Shown: positions 35,868-37,213 of the stretch, in pieces | Numbering within the stretch: position 1 is the stretch's first letter | Layout of the letters: the number at the start of each line of letters is the position of its first letter | Assembly (NCBI GenBank): GCA_003661385.1 | Contig: QMWA01000003.1 | Span: 1-37,213, forward strand | Direction: 5' to 3' | Source: Thermoproteota archaeon | Lineage (GTDB): Archaea > Korarchaeota > Korarchaeia > B14-G2 | Length of the DNA: 37,213 nucleotides | The notes under the pieces: generated by a model | Databases searched by the model: none | What the model was told of the DNA's origin: nothing | The model's input: the letters and a program-made list of their open reading frames with translations, nothing else | Position numbers and translations under genes: made by a program

Positions 35868-36957
35868 CTACAAGTGGAGTCCATGTTATCCTGTACCTGG
35901 CCTCATAGGGGAGTGGTGAAATTCTGATTGGATATCTCATCAGCGTGAACCTCTTAACAGGTCCCGGTGTGCTTCCCTTGATGACGACGTACTGTGTCCT
36001 TATAATCCCATACTTGTGGAATCCTCCTTTTGGGGTTATATCCTCTCCATTTAGCCCTATCTCTAGTATCCTCTTGTTGTACTCTGTTCTCTTGAAGTAG
36101 CCCAGCTGCCCAGGCCTAGGAACAGTCCAGCACACCTTAGCTGGATGCCTAGAGCCTAAGCTCCCTACTTCTCTCCTCCTCTTGCCTGCCTTATGTGGAA
36201 GCCTCTTAACTCCAAACCTCTTGATCACTCCCTGGAACCCCTTGCCCTTAGTAACTGCAGTTACATCCACAAACTGTCCTTTAGTAAAGACCTCCTGGAC
36301 AAAGAGTGGGTAGCCTAGTCTCTGTCTCATGTACTTTACTCTGTCACTCATGCTTCCTCCCTTAACTGGAATTTCAAGTATCTCCGGCGCCTTTTTCGGT
36401 ACACCTGTCACCAGCCTTGGTAGTGTGCAGACTATAGCTCGTAGCTCCGCTATCTGATCTGCTTCGCTTTCAAGCTTATCAAACACCTTCTCAGGCAGGG
36501 CTCTTCTCAGCTCCTTGGGCACTGTTATTCTCCTGGATAGGTCTCTCATGAAGAGGTCGGGCTTGTCTCTGTAGGTTTTGAGGCTGCTTAGCAGCCTTTT
36601 GTATGTCTCATCATCTATGCTGTCTGGTAGCTTTTCCTTCTCAATCTCAAACCTTGGATTGAGGTTCATCGCTGTAGCCATGTGCTGGAGCCCATATACC
36701 GTCTTAGTGTATGCTCTAACCCCCAGTAGCATGACTGGAGGTGTCTCTATGATGGTCACTGGAGTGAATACTTCTCTGCCAAATAACGGGCTTCCTGGCC
36801 TATCCTCCACTACCATAAAGTGCATCATGCCTACTTTGTACCCTGGGAAGGCGATGAGTCGTGGTGGTCCATCGACTTCAGGCCAAGACCTAAACCTAGC
36901 TATTTCAGTAGAGGCCCTCTTCCTAGGGTAGAACTGCAGGGACCCTCTTCTAGGCAT
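35860..36957 (-). CDS. rpl3: 50S ribosomal protein uL3
   Basis: PRRGSL...PRKRA, GYKVGM.H, PVT.IETPP, VTKGKGFQG..KRFG, RTEYNKRI, TPKGGF..YG. Confidence 0.98.
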   Translation of the reverse strand: MPRRGSLQFYPRKRASTEIARFRSWPEVDGPPRLIAFPGYKVGMMHFMVVEDRPGSPLFGREVFTPVTIIETPPVMLLGVRAYTKTVYGLQHMATAMNLNPRFEIEKEKLPDSIDDETYKRLLSSLKTYRDKPDLFMRDLSRRITVPKELRRALPEKVFDKLESEADQIAELRAIVCTLPRLVTGVPKKAPEILEIPVKGGSMSDRVKYMRQRLGYPLFVQEVFTKGQFVDVTAVTKGKGFQGVIKRFGVKRLPHKAGKRRREVGSLGSRHPAKVCWTVPRPGQLGYFKRTEYNKRILEIGLNGEDITPKGGFHKYGIIRTQYVVIKGSTPGPVKRFTLMRYPIRISPLPYEARYRITWTPLVGG

Positions 36958-37019
36958 TTTCCAGCACCAGACTTCCCTATGTACCTGGTATCAAAGCTAG
37001 GAATCACCTAGCCTACCAC

Positions 37020-37213
37020 CTATTTAAAGGCTACATCAACTTGCAGAGGCTTTGGAGCCAGCTCCCTGCACCTGCAGCTTCTTTCTTCAGGCAGCAGCTC
37101 TACCGTCCTAAGGATAAGCCTCTTAACGTTATCTATCCTCTTGGAGAAGACCTCTGCAACCTCTCCGTGGCTTAGTTCTCTCCCAGTTATTCCTGCAGCC
37201 ATATTTGTGACCA
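37020..37213 (-). CDS. purine / methylthio-nucleoside phosphorylase (MTAP/MtiP family), C-terminal fragment
   Basis: Reads VTNMAAGI...LSHGEV.EVF...LP.ERSC.C from the window edge; Asn in the TN.AAG motif suggests 6-oxopurine preference. Confidence 0.8.
   Translation of the reverse strand, partial: VTNMAAGITGRELSHGEVAEVFSKRIDNVKRLILRTVELLPEERSCRCRELAPKPLQVDVAFK
37021..37028 (-). promoter_or_regulatory. candidate TATA box for the rpl3 operon, overlapping the upstream stop codon
   Basis: Minus strand TTTAAATA, about 63 nt upstream of the rpl3 ATG. Confidence 0.4.

Noticed and set aside
900-36931. Numerous antisense or nested ORFs in the ORF track (e.g. 6265-7092, 15533-16186, 21930-22436, 31294-31791)
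   Set aside because: Ser/Leu-rich shadows of well-supported genes on the opposite strand, with no motifs
36958-37010. Possible frameshifted uL3 N-terminus (GGT-A-CAT-AGG giving GHR after GGTGA..TTG)
   Set aside because: The joined peptide (HREVWCWK) has the wrong length and composition for uL3, and there is no slippery site; ATG at 36957 is sufficient
1-37213. CRISPR arrays, tandem repeats, transposases, rRNA, replication-origin ORB boxes
   Set aside because: None seen; intergenic gaps are short and non-repetitive, and there is no cdc6 gene

Overview
Gene-dense archaeal housekeeping region, from a probably thermophilic, sequence-divergent lineage outside Euryarchaeota and Thermoprotei. Transcription and replication genes: the rpoH-rpoB-rpoA-eL30-nusA-uS12-uS7 operon (A' and A'' fused in one ORF, B unsplit), Elf1, the PolD large subunit, a TFE-beta/RPC34-like protein, an Lrp regulator, RNase HII and a histone. 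Translation and RNA genes: tRNA-Arg(UCG), tRNA-Ser(UGA), GlyRS, eS8-SRP19-Gar1, Trm1, eS30-Nop5-fibrillarin, Elp3, an Sm protein, EF-1alpha-uS10 and uL3-uL4-uL23-uL2-uS19. Other genes: an orphan porG, a GT2 glycosyltransferase, MazG, Sec61beta, an NTPase, DUF460, an unknown surface glycoprotein, an unknown membrane protein and an OPT-like transporter. I found no mobile element, CRISPR array or defence island, and no clear-cut new multi-gene system. The best leads are substitutions in near-universal motifs (uS12 PNSA to PHSG, EF-1alpha NKxD to SKMD, RNAP bridge helix, a uL3 insertion), a probable CUG start for eL30, an in-frame amber uORF with alternative hairpins before the Sm gene, and the unknown surface protein. 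All family calls come from motif recognition by eye; no database searches were run.
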